DNA from: Trypanosoma brucei
Lineage: Eukaryota
NCBI GenBank assembly: GCA_000002445.1
Contig: CP000070.1
Span: 640,001 to 704,000 of the forward strand
DNA: 64,000 nt
Direction of reading: 5' to 3'
Below, one piece after another: positions 1-11,788 of the stretch. The notes beneath the pieces are model-generated. The model did not search any database, was not told the origin of the DNA, and worked only from the letters and a program-made list of their open reading frames with translations. The position numbers and the translations under genes are program-made. The first letter of the stretch is position 1. Each line of letters starts with the position of its first letter.

Positions 1-1043
1 GCATTTAGCAACTGTTGCATCTCACTGCTCGTCATAATCAGCGGCTGGAGAGCCACATCTCCACTGGTGCTTGAAACGGATGCTGGAGCTACCCCATCAA
101 CCGAAATTGATGCACATCTGGGTGTATGAGAGTCCTGCTGAGCACAAGGCATCTGACGCCCCCATAATTCGTGTAGACAACCCAGGGCCAACGTCCACTG
201 ACCATCCCGTGCCATCGAATACATCATTGAGCGAACCGCCTCTGTAGTAAGCCGTTTGTTCTGAAGGCTCCCACTATCAATTGGAGTCCTCACGCGACCT
301 ACGCCCGGCGTAGAGCCCGGAGCTTCGGCAACAAACAGAGATGCTAACGTGGGGTTTGTTGGCTTTGTAACTATGGGTTCCACCTTCTCCACCGCCACGT
401 CTCCTGTACTTCTGCAGATGGCTTGTATGGCCTCCGTCCAAGACCCACTACGCGCCGCAGCCTCCGCTATTATATGCGACATCCGCTCCTTCTCCTGGAG
501 GCTCCCACCCACCTGCATAAAGTTCTCAAATACGTACCGCGCCTCAGCAAGCATACCAAACTCTGCCAAAAGTGGAATAAGCGTCTCACCCATGTGGTGC
601 CACGTGAGTGCCGACATCTTCACGCGGCGTTTGGCCTGCAACAAACACTCATAACCCTCCAACGGTCGACCCAAGTGCACGTATGCCCAAAGTAGTGTGA
701 CCCACACACCGTCAGCTTTCACATCACCCGCGTAAACCTCATCACGCAGTTCATTGAGAAGTTTGACACCAGTTTGAATACGAAAAGGTGAGACATTATC
801 AGCAGCAATACCCCGAATAACTCGTTGATAGTCCAGAGTGGTGCGGCCAAGAAGGGCGTAACGTGCCCGAAGAACCTCCAATGCGCGAGACCAATCATGC
901 GCTTCGAGCGGCAGCACCAGCCGGCGCTGAATAGATTTCACAGAATGCGCCGTTAGTGCTTCGTGCCGTGTGCGGTAAGCCGTTCGCCGCTTTGTCCAGA
1001 ATTGTGTCGCATAGCCGCCGTGGCGGCCTGCCTTTTGAAGCAT
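1..1043 (-). CDS. Hypothetical helical-repeat protein with a basic N-terminus. The 3' end runs off the window, so about 347 codons are visible.
   Basis: I translated the reverse complement by hand. Complement ATG at 1043..1041 is the first ATG after an in-frame stop 81 nt upstream. The frame then stays open to position 1: 'MLQKAGRHGGYATQFWTKRRTAYRTRHEALTAHSVKSIQRRLVLPLEAHDWSRALEVLRARYALLGRTTLDYQRVIRGIAADNV...'. The Arg-rich N-terminus resembles a mitochondrial presequence. Repeated alpha-helical L/A/R-rich segments resemble PPR/TPR-like proteins. It is not in the supplied ORF track because it is partial. Confidence 0.5.
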   Translation of the reverse strand, partial: MLQKAGRHGGYATQFWTKRRTAYRTRHEALTAHSVKSIQRRLVLPLEAHDWSRALEVLRARYALLGRTTLDYQRVIRGIAADNVSPFRIQTGVKLLNELRDEVYAGDVKADGVWVTLLWAYVHLGRPLEGYECLLQAKRRVKMSALTWHHMGETLIPLLAEFGMLAEARYVFENFMQVGGSLQEKERMSHIIAEAAARSGSWTEAIQAICRSTGDVAVEKVEPIVTKPTNPTLASLFVAEAPGSTPGVGRVRTPIDSGSLQNKRLTTEAVRSMMYSMARDGQWTLALGCLHELWGRQMPCAQQDSHTPRCASISVDGVAPASVSSTSGDVALQPLIMTSSEMQQLLN

Positions 1044-2311
1044 AAGCCAAAAAAAACTAAGGTGCGCGTTTCTTTCCCGGTTCCGCCCGCTAGCGCAACC
1101 TTCGATAGCTCATAAAAGGACCACCTCACACATGCATTAAAAGTGAAGAAAAATGAGTGTGAGAGACAAAAGGAAAGTAATGAAGCAACAGCGAAAGGGG
1201 CAAGGTGGCTAAGCGTGAAATAGCTGTATATTTGAAAAATGGGGAACTGAAATCATGCAGTGACAACTGTAAATTCAAATCCATGAAGACCTCACACGTC
1301 CCTCGTAGCATCACCCTTCGCAAAAAGCTCGTAAGCAGAAAGGGAAAAAACTTCAGTGCCCGTAAGCGATGCTGCGTTCCTAAGACACGGCACCATCTTC
1401 CTCCACAGCACTTGGAAGTCAAAACCGCAATGATCACCTCCACTTGCAGCAGCCGTCAACAAAAATGCGGGAAACAGGAATGCCACCGTTTCCCGTCACA
1501 TGATCACATAACCTCAGTGAACCTTTGGGGCAAACAAAAAACGCGAGAAATTGGCGAGGAGGCAATAATTTGTGAATACCGCAGAAACGATGAAAGAATG
1601 CTACCAATTGAAAAATAAAAAAATATGCATAGTGGAATGTAGAAAAGATGGTAGAGGTAGTAAACTTGCTCCGTTTCACCGAGAACGGTAAGCACATTTC
1701 GGTAAAGCGAGCAGAGATGCGAAAGAACGGAGGGTACCTCAAAAATACCATTTATGAACCCACCAAGCGAAGGTGCGCTACAGCACAGGATGTCTCTGTG
1801 TGACCTTCGTAAAAAAAAAAAGAGCCTTCACCATTCGTCAACTCCCTTTTTCCCTCTCCAATCTCCATACAGTTAAGGTTGCATGGGGTAAATTGTGAAC
1901 ACATACCTCCCACCTTCCCTTTTCAGCTCCCGGTACAAAGGTAAACGAATACCCACGAGATAAGAATTGCAGCGACTGATCGGAAAGAAAGCAAAGAAGA
2001 ATAAAAGTACGAAAAAGGGAGGAGAAAAGGAGGACAAAAAGAGGGGGAGGAACACGAAAGTACATGAGGTAATGCAACGAAGGGGGGAATCAAAAACGTT
2101 ACATTCCCGCGTGAGTACGTGCGCAAAATGGTGAGAAAGCAGCATCTTTCCCTTCCAAAAGCACACATGCACACACTGCTAAGGACGTTTGCTATTCCAC
2201 AACATCGAGTCTCACACCACTTCCACAAGGCAATTTTCCTCTGCTAAGTTATTATCTCCCCCTTTCTGTTCACTTCTCCACCACTCTTTACTTGCCCCGC
2301 TACCACTACAG

Positions 2312-3625
2312 TTAGTTGTACACCATGTATTTGGCTGTTGCGCTGAACTTATGGTGGCCCTTAATCACTTTGTTAACGGCATCCAAGAAGTCTTTCTCGT
2401 TAATTGTCTTGCGGCGCGCCCTGATGGCAAACATGCCTGCTTCCGTACAGACCGACCTCAAATCGGCACCCGTTGCGTTCGGGCACAACCTCGCAATCAG
2501 TTCGAACCTGATCGCCTTCTCACACGAGAGTGACTTGGCGTGGATGCGAAGGATCTTTGTTCGACCCTCCAGATCCGGCAGACCAACCTCAAGTTTGCGG
2601 TCCATGCGACCTGGGCGTGTGAGGGCGGGGTCTAACGTATCAGGACGGTTCGTTGCCATTATAACCTTTATATTACCACGTGAGTCGAAGCCATCCATCT
2701 GGTTCACCATCTCAAGCATCGTTCGCTGAATTTCGTCGTCACCATCACCACCACCTCGAGCACCACCAACAGCATCCACTTCATCAAAGAAAATGATGGC
2801 TGCCTTCTTGGTCCTTGCAAGCTGAAAAATCTCCCGAATCATTCGGGCACCCTCACCAATATAACGCTGAACCAGCTCGGAACCAATCACACGAATAAAA
2901 GTCGCGTCCGTACGGTTGGCGACAGCCTTCGCTAAGAGCGTCTTCCCCGTCCCCGGTGGACCGTAGAGCAACACACCCTTCGGTGGATCTATACCAAGCT
3001 GTGTGTATTTCTCTGGGTTAGTGAGGGGTAATTCCACGACCTCCCGAATGCGGTCGATCTGCTCCTTTGCTCCACCCACATCATTATATGTAACGTCTGG
3101 CTTTTCTTCTACCTGCATCATCGATACAGACGGGTCAACACGAGGTGGGAGGGGTATTTCGATGTGAATGCTGGAATACCCAACTAACACACCCACACGC
3201 ATGGATTCCTCAATGTCCTGACGGGCCACGCGGTTGCCAAGTTTCACCACGTACTTGGCTGTGTCACGAATGGCTACAACGTACTTCGCATCGTCCTGAC
3301 CTTTGTTTATGATACGGGTGCAACGAGCAACATGAAGGGAGTTCTCAGACCGCATCACCTCCTGGTCACTGTTTAGATCCCACTGTACGGGTGGTGCAAG
3401 TCCAAGTTCATTATCCCGTGTGCCAGCGAGTTTGTTAACCGCCTCTGCCTTTGTCTTCACAAACTCCTCCAACTCCTTCACCGTGGCGTGGTATGGTCCC
3501 GAGCCATATAGTTTCAATAGAGCAATGTCATCTTGGTCAAGTGGAATAATCTCCTTTTCTTCTTCATTTTCCCCCTTGATGCGCACAGTGTTCTTGGTTT
3601 GACATCCTCCCTTCTCGCTTGCCAT
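2312..3625 (-). CDS. RPT1: 26S proteasome regulatory (19S) AAA-ATPase subunit RPT1 (PSMC2/S7 orthologue).
   Basis: 437 aa. Walker A 'GPPGTGKT', Walker B 'IIFFDEVDA' and second region of homology are present. The C-terminus '...[12 protein letters not shown]' matches the human PSMC2 tail '...KFSATPRYMTYN'. The N-terminal blocks 'DIALLKLYG', 'LAPPVQWDL' and 'HVARCTRII' align with PSMC2. Confidence 0.9.
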   Translation of the reverse strand: MASEKGGCQTKNTVRIKGENEEEKEIIPLDQDDIALLKLYGSGPYHATVKELEEFVKTKAEAVNKLAGTRDNELGLAPPVQWDLNSDQEVMRSENSLHVARCTRIINKGQDDAKYVVAIRDTAKYVVKLGNRVARQDIEESMRVGVLVGYSSIHIEIPLPPRVDPSVSMMQVEEKPDVTYNDVGGAKEQIDRIREVVELPLTNPEKYTQLGIDPPKGVLLYGPPGTGKTLLAKAVANRTDATFIRVIGSELVQRYIGEGARMIREIFQLARTKKAAIIFFDEVDAVGGARGGGDGDDEIQRTMLEMVNQMDGFDSRGNIKVIMATNRPDTLDPALTRPGRMDRKLEVGLPDLEGRTKILRIHAKSLSCEKAIRFELIARLCPNATGADLRSVCTEAGMFAIRARRKTINEKDFLDAVNKVIKGHHKFSATAKYMVYN

Positions 3626-4481
3626 TACCCTAACTTTACGACCAGGATGGGTTTTCCCACTCCCTTATTTTTGGTCAAGAAGACTCTGCCACAAAAGGAA
3701 ATATACGCTCGTTAATAAATAAATAAATATATATATATATATCTTTTTATGTATCCGTGCGCGTTCGAGAATGTAAGTGTTTTCCACTGCGCCTTGCCCC
3801 CACCGTTTCTCCCTCCGGCTACACACCCTTGTTCCTTCACTTTTTTTCTTATTTTTCTCTCAAATACCACCTCTACTACACTTGCCCCTAACCTTTCTAC
3901 ACTAATGATCGAGTGCTTGTAAGGAAAAAAAAAACGGACAAAGAACCTGCGGAGATAAAAATGAAATATTAGAAACGCCTGGCACGGCTAGTCACGTCCG
4001 AATTCGCGAACACAAAAATAAGTGAAAATGCTGTACATCGCCTTCTCTACTTTCCCGGTGCCTTTTTGATCCTGCTTCATTTCGTTCACTCCAAATGCAA
4101 GCGGTGCAGGCGCGAGTGGTAGCCTAGTGAAACAAAGCGAAGCAACAACGAGCGAAGGGAAGGGGAAAAAGAAAAGAAAGAACTGATAAGCCTGCAGTTG
4201 TGCACGTCCATGTAAAATGTATAATTTATTTATTTTAATTTATTTTGTGTGTAGTACACGGTTGGGGTGCGAGCTGTAACATCATTTACCACACTTGGAA
4301 TGAAGACAGTTAACGAGTTTTTGTTTTGGGGGCTTTCATAGTGGGCACTACCTTAACTAAAATAGGAGATACACCGCATTACGCCTCAACACTAGAATGA
4401 AGGGGAGGGGGGAAAGGAAAGAAAAAAACAAATGTCGAATGTAAAGTACATGATAAATGAGACAATACACCAGTTAAGCGG

Positions 4482-4484
<3 letters not shown>

Positions 4485-4517
<33 letters not shown>
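4485..4517. repeat. (AT)16 microsatellite.
   Basis: Direct reading. Similar (TA)n runs occur at 3729..3742, 12787..12808, 23561..23586, 36176..36196, 43762..43780, 44064..44087, 45107..45125, 50654..50676, 54574..54590 and 54961..54980. All are intergenic. Confidence 0.95.
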
Positions 4518-4518
<1 letters not shown>

Positions 4519-5092
4519 CTGATTTGTGCACAAAGAGGAAAAAGAAAAAGGGAAGTAAAGCCCCGCTGCAGAACCTTCTCCTCTTATAACCGCAACAAAA
4601 AATACGCAACCAGTTAGCTATAAGTTCATTGCCGCCCCACCAAATACAAACAAGAACAACCTCCAGTACAATCTTCTTCCAATTCTCTTCTCCCATTCCG
4701 TCGCTCCTTTTCTTTCCTTTCACTTTCTTTCTCGTTTACCCTCATCACGGAAAACCGACACCTAATTTGATTTCCCTCCATCCCCCTTTCCGCCCACACT
4801 TTTGTTTTAAACGTATACCTGACGGCCGCTCGCACATTATAGCATGGAAGAGAGGAACGAAGTGGTAAACCCCATTTTTTTTTTTTAGAATGGGTGAGAC
4901 CCACGACAGGTAACCACAAAGAAGAAGTTTAGAAAAGTAAAGTAAGAGGTATCCCCGTAACAAATTTCGAATCGAACCAACATGTAAAAATACCTGCAAA
5001 GCCGCATCACGCGGGGGCGGACAAGTAATGCGATGCGTTTGTGAAGCACTGACGGAAATGGCCCCTAGGAAACAGAAGGACAGCTGGAAATA

Positions 5093-5641
5093 TCAACTCT
5101 TGGGCACAAACTTTGGTTTACCCGCACTCCACGGAACGTAGCGATGCCTGATCATATGTCGAATACGCTCACCGACTTGTATAATGGTAAGAAAGATAAA
5201 GTACAAGAGAAGGACAGGCCAAAAGACGGGAATGTCCAGAATTCGAAAAAGTGTGAGAAACGTGCAAACCAACACGGACTTCATCATACTACACCACACC
5301 ACAAATTCTTGCATCCGTGGAACGAAAGGGCGAAACTCTTCATCGGGAGATGCGGCAGTGTGAGGGAGCTGCCCCTCACTCCCCAAATCCTCATCTGCGA
5401 GCGGGGTAATAACCTGCACCAGAAGAAACAGTAAATGAATGCCCAACACGTAACTGATCACATAAAACCCACCACAGAAATAGACACGAAGGATATACAG
5501 CGAGAGCATGAAGACGAACATGACCCAACGCAGAGGCCGGTGCGGGACAGTTTGGTCAAGGAGGCGTGACCACGTCATCTTTATATTATCGGTGAATTTG
5601 CGGGCTGCCGACTTCTGTCCAATAATGTCCTTCGACGACAT
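5093..5641 (-). CDS. RER1: RER1 (retention in endoplasmic reticulum 1) family Golgi-to-ER retrieval receptor.
   Basis: 182 aa with four predicted TM helices. It aligns along its length with human RER1: 'YQSWLDKSTPYTAVRW' versus 'WSRLLDQTVPHRPLRW', 'EEFRPF', 'VPVFWPVL..YF' and 'KHMIKYRYIPF' versus 'RHMIRHRYVPW'. Confidence 0.85.
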   Translation of the reverse strand: MSSKDIIGQKSAARKFTDNIKMTWSRLLDQTVPHRPLRWVMFVFMLSLYILRVYFCGGFYVISYVLGIHLLFLLVQVITPLADEDLGSEGQLPHTAASPDEEFRPFVPRMQEFVVWCSMMKSVLVCTFLTLFRILDIPVFWPVLLLYFIFLTIIQVGERIRHMIRHRYVPWSAGKPKFVPKS

Positions 5642-6587
5642 CGCTGCCCTTTTTGTTGTTGTTGTTGTTGTTTGGACTTCCTTCTATGTGCTTTTCCACT
5701 TCAGTCAGCACTCAGGCAAATGATTAAAACAAAAAGCCACAACGGTGAGAAGACCCTACACACTAACGCTGTCAACCCTCTGTCTTGCACAAATCCAACC
5801 TCCTCTTCCTTTCTTTCGAATCTAATGGAGTTTAGGAAATCTACTGCCCTTTGTTTTCTCCTTTCCCTTGAGCCCTTGATGCAGACACTCCCGTTATTAC
5901 CCTCAGTTTATCGCTTCTTTCGTTATTATATCTCTTTCTTCGTGTTTTTTTTTGTAGTCTCTCGTTTATATTCCTCCTTTCTTTAGCAATATATAACTCC
6001 ACCTGCTAACAACTATTTAATTATTCCAGATGTGTCCTCAACTTCCGTTTAAAATAACGCCCTGTACTTCGTTAAGTGGAGGAAGTTCTCCCCAAGTGAT
6101 TAATAATATAACAGGGGGAAAAAGACCAAAGATCACAACACCCGGTGAATATACGGACGCGTTACTGCTACTTCTTGTGCTATGTTGAGAAAATGAATGA
6201 TGTACCGCGAGATTTGGGTGGTGATGAGAAAAAAAAACATAAAGAAGGAAAAACAGTGATGGTAAAAAATAGTGGCATCAGCAAATTAAAGAGAAAGGAA
6301 AGCAAAAGGGCCATAAAATATCACAGTAGCAATGCAAAGTACTTACGGAACTGCACTAGAAAAGTTAAGCGAGAAACAATAATAACGGCGATGATAACAG
6401 TAACAACAAATCAAGACTTGCTTCATCAAACGCAACAAAGCCGCAGATGAGCGTCGTCATGACCCTTCGTCCGTCCGAAGCACCACACAGTTGGTAACGT
6501 TTAAAGGGGGATGTCAAGAAGAAGCAAAGGAAGACAAAAGACAAAAAGAATGCAAACTTTGTTGCGCGTCTCAATCACCTCTCTTAA

Positions 6588-7775
6588 TCACGCCACTGCT
6601 TCCTCTTCAAAGACGCGATCCACCTGCAGCGACTGCTTGTCATATTTGTGGTCAGAGCCACCACGGCCAGCTGCATCCAACTCCGCTACCCATCCGGCAT
6701 ACGCATCCGGATGTGCATCACAAAACGGTAAGTAAGGTTTGATGTCTAGAACGGGTGTGCCATGGAGAAGGTCGTGATCAGCAATGTGAACCTCCAAACC
6801 GCGCACATCGACAAGACGCACGCACGAAAGTCCAATAAAGTTCGGGCGGTGGGGACTTCGAGTGGCAAATACACCTCGCAGTTCACTATCACGTGGGGGG
6901 ACCAACATCGTTTTGAAACCAGCAGAGCGCTCCGCGCCCTGACGAGGGCGTTGGCGCTTCGCCCCGACGGCAACTTCTGCCCTATCACCCTTCACACCGC
7001 CCGTATCATCCGCCGCAGTGGCGCTATCTTTTGCCTGCGTGCACTCTTCGTCAACAGGAAGAGCATAGGAAAAAGAGAAAAGCACCCAAATGTATTCGAA
7101 ACCCTTAAGGTCCCTCACCGCATTCTCTAAGCCAACGCGAAGCCTAATAACTGCCGTTTGTGGCATGAAGTTTTCCGTGTGTGGTTGTCGTGGGGCCGAA
7201 ATGTGGGTTCGCATAAGACTGTAGACAATCCCAACACCACATATAGAATATGGTTGAAGTTTCTCTGGACTGAGCACGATACGCACAAGCCGATTTGCGT
7301 GCATTACGGCACGATGGAACGCTGCTTCATATGCATCCACCTTATGTTTTGTGCGCTGTAACCGTTGCTCAATACAATCCGCCACATCTTCTGGTGTGCG
7401 CAGCCGGTCAAAAAAATACACGGCGCTAGCGGGAGCGGTGATACAATCTCGTTTCAACCCGTCATCAGCATCACCTGAGGAAACAAGGGAAGGTGGCGGG
7501 TCAAACAAACGGGCAGTGATGCGATTGGACTTAACATCAGCTACTAACACCTCCCCTGGCCAGTAGGGTAAACCGGGGGGACGAATCCAAACAATATCAT
7601 TTGGAAGGAAATAATGTGGTCGAACACCGAAACGCATAGGCCGTGGTCGCGTCTTACCGCCCTTCAAAACAACATCCTCGCCGTGTGCATCTTCAACTGG
7701 CTCTGGTTGAGAATCGCGATGGGAATCAACTCGGATAAGTGATCTTTCAGTACTCTCCTCCATGCGATCTTGCAC
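6588..7775 (-). CDS. TrmO/TsaA (YaeB, UPF0066)-like tRNA methyltransferase domain protein with an N-terminal PWWP-like motif.
   Basis: 395 aa. The C-terminal half carries TrmO family hallmarks: 'GFEYIWVLFSFSYA', 'GVFATRSPHRPNFIGLSCVRLVDV' and 'LLHGTPVLDIKPYLPF'. N-terminal residues about 55–95, 'NDIVWIRPPGLPYWPGEVLV', resemble the PWWP-domain core '(V/L)VWAK..G.PxWP(A/G).V'. Confidence 0.7.
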   Translation of the reverse strand: MQDRMEESTERSLIRVDSHRDSQPEPVEDAHGEDVVLKGGKTRPRPMRFGVRPHYFLPNDIVWIRPPGLPYWPGEVLVADVKSNRITARLFDPPPSLVSSGDADDGLKRDCITAPASAVYFFDRLRTPEDVADCIEQRLQRTKHKVDAYEAAFHRAVMHANRLVRIVLSPEKLQPYSICGVGIVYSLMRTHISAPRQPHTENFMPQTAVIRLRVGLENAVRDLKGFEYIWVLFSFSYALPVDEECTQAKDSATAADDTGGVKGDRAEVAVGAKRQRPRQGAERSAGFKTMLVPPRDSELRGVFATRSPHRPNFIGLSCVRLVDVRGLEVHIADHDLLHGTPVLDIKPYLPFCDAHPDAYAGWVAELDAAGRGGSDHKYDKQSLQVDRVFEEEAVA

Positions 7776-8305
7776 GAAACAAAGGGCCGCTGAACGGTCT
7801 TCAGATAGATAATGAAAGAGGAAAGAGGTCGCTTTCCCTTTTCCGTAGTTAAGAACTAAATGAAAGGTTTAGAAAGAAAGTTAAAAACAAAAAATACAAC
7901 CGCATTCTCTCAGGTATGGAACAGGATTAATACGTAAAAGTTTACAGGACAGTCTGCAAAAAATAGGGTTAGCAGAATTTCATTTGTGTATCTGATGTGT
8001 GTATGATTGTGATCTTTCTGTAAACACAATCCACAGAGGTTACCCAATACCTCTTAGTTCAACAATTGTGCATTGAATGCCTGTTTCCATAATGGAATAG
8101 GAAAAAGATGTAACGGATCACGGGGCTCCGGGGTGGAACATTGACGCACACACAGGTACGCCTAAACAGAAACAGTCGCAAACCCCCAACACGCGCGTTA
8201 CCAAAATATGTCTTACCGAAAGTTTGGTCACATCACTGATCCGCCCATTTCTGTTTCTGCCCATTGCAACTCGCGAAACTCCACTCCTCCCATGCCCCGC
8301 TTCCC

Positions 8306-9232
8306 TTACGTCTGCTCGTTTTCAGGAACTAAGTTTGTGATGCGTAACTTTCGCTCCACTGACTCGTCATACGTTCCAATCAAATAACCAGCCTCCTCCT
8401 TCCATGACTCCCCATCCGAGTCAATGAAAAACTTTATGTAGTGAATCTCCCCGAACACAGGGACTTCCTTCAGTAAAGTGAACCCCAGTTTCGATGTGAA
8501 GAGTTGGATGCTAGAGAAGTTGTTCGCACGCACCTTAGCAACAAAACGGGAGGCCCGAAGCTTGTCAAGTGCGTAACTCATAAGAAGTCTCACAGCCTCC
8601 TCACCGAACCCGCGGCGCCGAAAGTTCCCTTCCGCGATCATCGCCTCCACTTCGAAACAACGCCCGCAATCTGCCGCCGTTGGATTTGTTGTGGTGGGTT
8701 CCACACTGCTTATTTTATCACTGCTTAAAATATGAAAAGCAGTGTCAACTGTGCTGTCAGTGCTCCCATCGCCCTCCATTTCACCCTCACCACTGCTAAG
8801 AAGGAAAAGATTGCAGTCACCAATCATAACATACAGCCCCTCCTCACCATCTCGTGTCGTTAATGCTGTCGCCGCGTCCACCGGTATTTTGCTATGCTGA
8901 CTGGCACCACCGGTGGATGAGTGAAGTATTTTCTTACCGCCTTCCACATTTTCCTCTGCTGTGGCACTACACTTCCCACAAACCCCTTCATGAACCTCCA
9001 TCTCACCCTGTCGTACAGAGACTGGGGCAAGAATAATGAACGTAAGTTTGTCCTCTGCGCAGAGCCACTCCTGCTGATTTTCATACTCCTCCTGCAGCGT
9101 CAGTGGTTCACTGGCTGTGAGTTCCAACATTTTGGGGTCGCTCATCCAGCAGTGGTAGCGGGGCACATGGTGGTGCAAGTAAGGCACCAGCCGCAACCGT
9201 TGGCCAGAAACTAACACATTTTTATTGTTCAT
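8306..9232 (-). CDS. GNAT-family N-acetyltransferase, NAT9-like.
   Basis: 308 aa. The N-terminus '[44 protein letters not shown]...KLTFIIL' closely parallels human NAT9 '[44 protein letters not shown]...KCTFIVL'. The C-terminal acetyl-CoA binding region is '...[17 protein letters not shown]'. Confidence 0.8.
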   Translation of the reverse strand: [308 protein letters not shown]

Positions 9233-11107
9233 AACACCACCACCACCACCCCCTATAATCCTGATGCTTTATACATACGTACATGCGGTTACACATATGG
9301 AAACCAAGTAGAAGGAGCAAAGAACATCAAAAAGAAACAAGGAAGAGAAACACAGAAAGTACAGGGCCAAACTGATGCAGCACACTATGATAATTAAGAA
9401 GTAAAACAAAAAAGGCAAAAAGACGGAGTGGGGAGTTGCACACCGCCAAGGGAAAACAGCTAAGCTCTATAATTGTTTTTTTTTCACTCGAAGAGCACAA
9501 AAAATACACTCACAAAATAAAGAAGGGTGAAAGCGTCAAGAATAACCATTTCAATATGGTGAGGAACGAATAAAATGGAAGATGGAGTTAAAACCATCAA
9601 AAAACAATATATACGCGCACTCAAACAGCAGGTGATAACCCAGTACAGCAGAGCAACAATAATAACAACAGTTTCTTTTTTAAAAAAAAAATAGGAAAAG
9701 AAGTAACATCCACATGAGTAGTTCGGTTAAAATTTCGTTGATTCCCTACCGATGTTACTTTAACTTTCGTTTCCTCCCCCCCCCCTCCTCGAACCACAAG
9801 CGGAGGAGCAGTAATGGGAAAGACGTACGAGATGTAAAAACATCTCGATGCCGTTGACTCCCTTATTGTAGAACTACGGTGGCATCTCTTACTTTACCCC
9901 ACGGCTCCACCGTCCATTCATCTGTTGTGCCTGAGTTTTGCCTCGTCATTCAAAATCTGCAGCATGTGGTCACGCAACCAAGGAAAAAACAAACGACGCA
10001 CAAGCAAGATACAAATGGAATACCACATCATCCGCACCAAAAGTGTCTGTGTCTACAATTTCATAAGTAAGGGAGAGGATCCTGCGCCCGCTACACTACA
10101 GCTTACCGCTACACACGCAAACACAAACATTCATATTCATGTAAACAAATATTAATAAATATAGTTGTTTACATATACGTGTTCAACGGCATTACCCAAA
10201 ACTATGGAGCCGCCATGAAGCGGCAGCAATCAAGCACAAACACAAACACAAACAAGCCGATACTAAAGGAGAAGTGTGTAAAAACGAAAAAAGAAAAAAG
10301 AGCGCTTAGGAACCAATCGTTAGTAATAGGAGGAAACTATCGAAAATGGGAGAGGTTGTGTCGTAGGGTCAGTTTTTAATGAAATTTGCATTTGGGAATT
10401 ACAGAATGGAATTAAGTATGACCGTGGGGCAATATACGACAACGCGAGATGGACATGTGCATAACCCCGCAATCCATCAAAAGGCAACTAAGAGGTTTGA
10501 GCAGAAAAAATAGAGGAAGAAAAAATATACCCCAATGTTTCGTCACCTGCATGCAATTCCTCTAATGGATCCTCCGACACACATAACCAGTTTTATAACT
10601 GGATAGAGCGAACTAGATCAAAATCGACCGCTGCGCATGGTGAAGTACAAAAGAGGAACACAACGCATCCCTCACATCCGTTCCTGATAGAAGGAGTCAC
10701 GTAAGTGAACATATATGGGTACATAAAGGAAAGACTAGAACATATGCGCATGCCAAGTCCTGAATCTCAAAAAAAAAATCAGAAAATGTGCATTTTTTTT
10801 TGAGCCTCCTTATGCCGTCACCACCAAAAAGTCCCGACAATACTGTCACACAGTGAAAATAAAATGGTCAAGACACCTGACAGAAAAGGAAAAGAGGTCA
10901 AGGGATTGTTTCTCATCCACTTCCTGGAGGTCAGTGCGTGGCAACTATCTCACGCGCAACCACAGCACCCCGCACAAAACGCACCAAAGTTTCTTCAATG
11001 TGCACAATAACCCAAAAATGGGACAGAGAGGCACACACCACCGACAAATATAAATAAATAGGTGTGTATGTCCACTCGCCCTTCCATATCCCACACAAAG
11101 TAGAAAG

Positions 11108-11788
11108 TCACTCCGCGCCTTCCGTAGCATCATCATCATCTGCATCACTGAATGATTGTTCAAGCGACTCTTCAACAACACGCCTCACACGCTCCTCATA
11201 CTTGTCCCTGCTTTGGACATACATACTGGCCGCCTCAGCGTTGGCTGCAGAGTTAGGGTTTGGATCTGAAAGTAGTGAAATAATCATCAAGAGAACCGAC
11301 TCCACGCTCAGTGACGGACACCATTTGTCTTTCAGTGTATCAAGGCAGATGTCCCCATTTCCATACACATTTGGGTGAAATATTTTTGTTGTAAACCGCA
11401 CAGAAGGCGGAGAAAAGGGATACTCAGGGGGGAATTGCAAAAGCAGTTTGAACACACCACCTTCCCACGCAGTCCCATCTGGACCAAGAACGACTGCCTT
11501 CCATTGGAACAAATCGCCCTCCAGCGGCCTCGTCCAAAACTGTTCGCACTTGTTCATATGAATAACCTGCAAGTCGTTCATGAGTCGACGTTGGGCACTG
11601 GCAAAGTTATGTGAATTCTCTACCGTTGCTTGAGGCTGGGGAATAGACCGAACAACCGCCTCCGCCTCCGCCTCCGCCTCCGCCGTCACCTCAATCCCGT
11701 GCGGTGCCGTCTCTTCTCCGTCTATAGCAACCCTGGCAGTTTGCCGAGAAATATTAATGGCTGCTTCATTGGTAGATTCATTATCCAT
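11108..11788 (-). CDS. Ubiquitin-conjugating enzyme E2 with a RAD6/UBE2A-like UBC core and a roughly 75-aa N-terminal extension containing an (EA)n tract.
   Basis: 226 aa. The UBC fold carries the HPN motif and active-site Cys: 'SPPSVRFTTKIFHPNVYGNGDICLDTLKDKWCPSLSVESVLLMIISLLSDPNPNSAANAEAA'. This is close to yeast Rad6 '[27 protein letters not shown]...PNPNSPAN'. The extension includes 'AEAEAEAEA', encoded by the (CCGCCT)n at 11651..11680. Confidence 0.85.
   Translation of the reverse strand: MDNESTNEAAINISRQTARVAIDGEETAPHGIEVTAEAEAEAEAVVRSIPQPQATVENSHNFASAQRRLMNDLQVIHMNKCEQFWTRPLEGDLFQWKAVVLGPDGTAWEGGVFKLLLQFPPEYPFSPPSVRFTTKIFHPNVYGNGDICLDTLKDKWCPSLSVESVLLMIISLLSDPNPNSAANAEAASMYVQSRDKYEERVRRVVEESLEQSFSDADDDDATEGAE
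11651..11680. repeat. Coding (CCGCCT)n hexanucleotide repeat, seen as cgcctc units on the plus strand. It encodes the (EA)n tract of the E2 N-terminal extension.
   Basis: The plus strand reads 'cgcctccgcctccgcctccgcctccgcc'. The minus-strand frame gives 'AEAEAEAEA'. Confidence 0.9.

Noticed and set aside
349-695. Plus-strand ORFs 349..654 and 423..695.
   Set aside because: They overlap the hand-translated minus-strand partial CDS 1..1043, which has a far longer open frame and a coherent helical-repeat translation.
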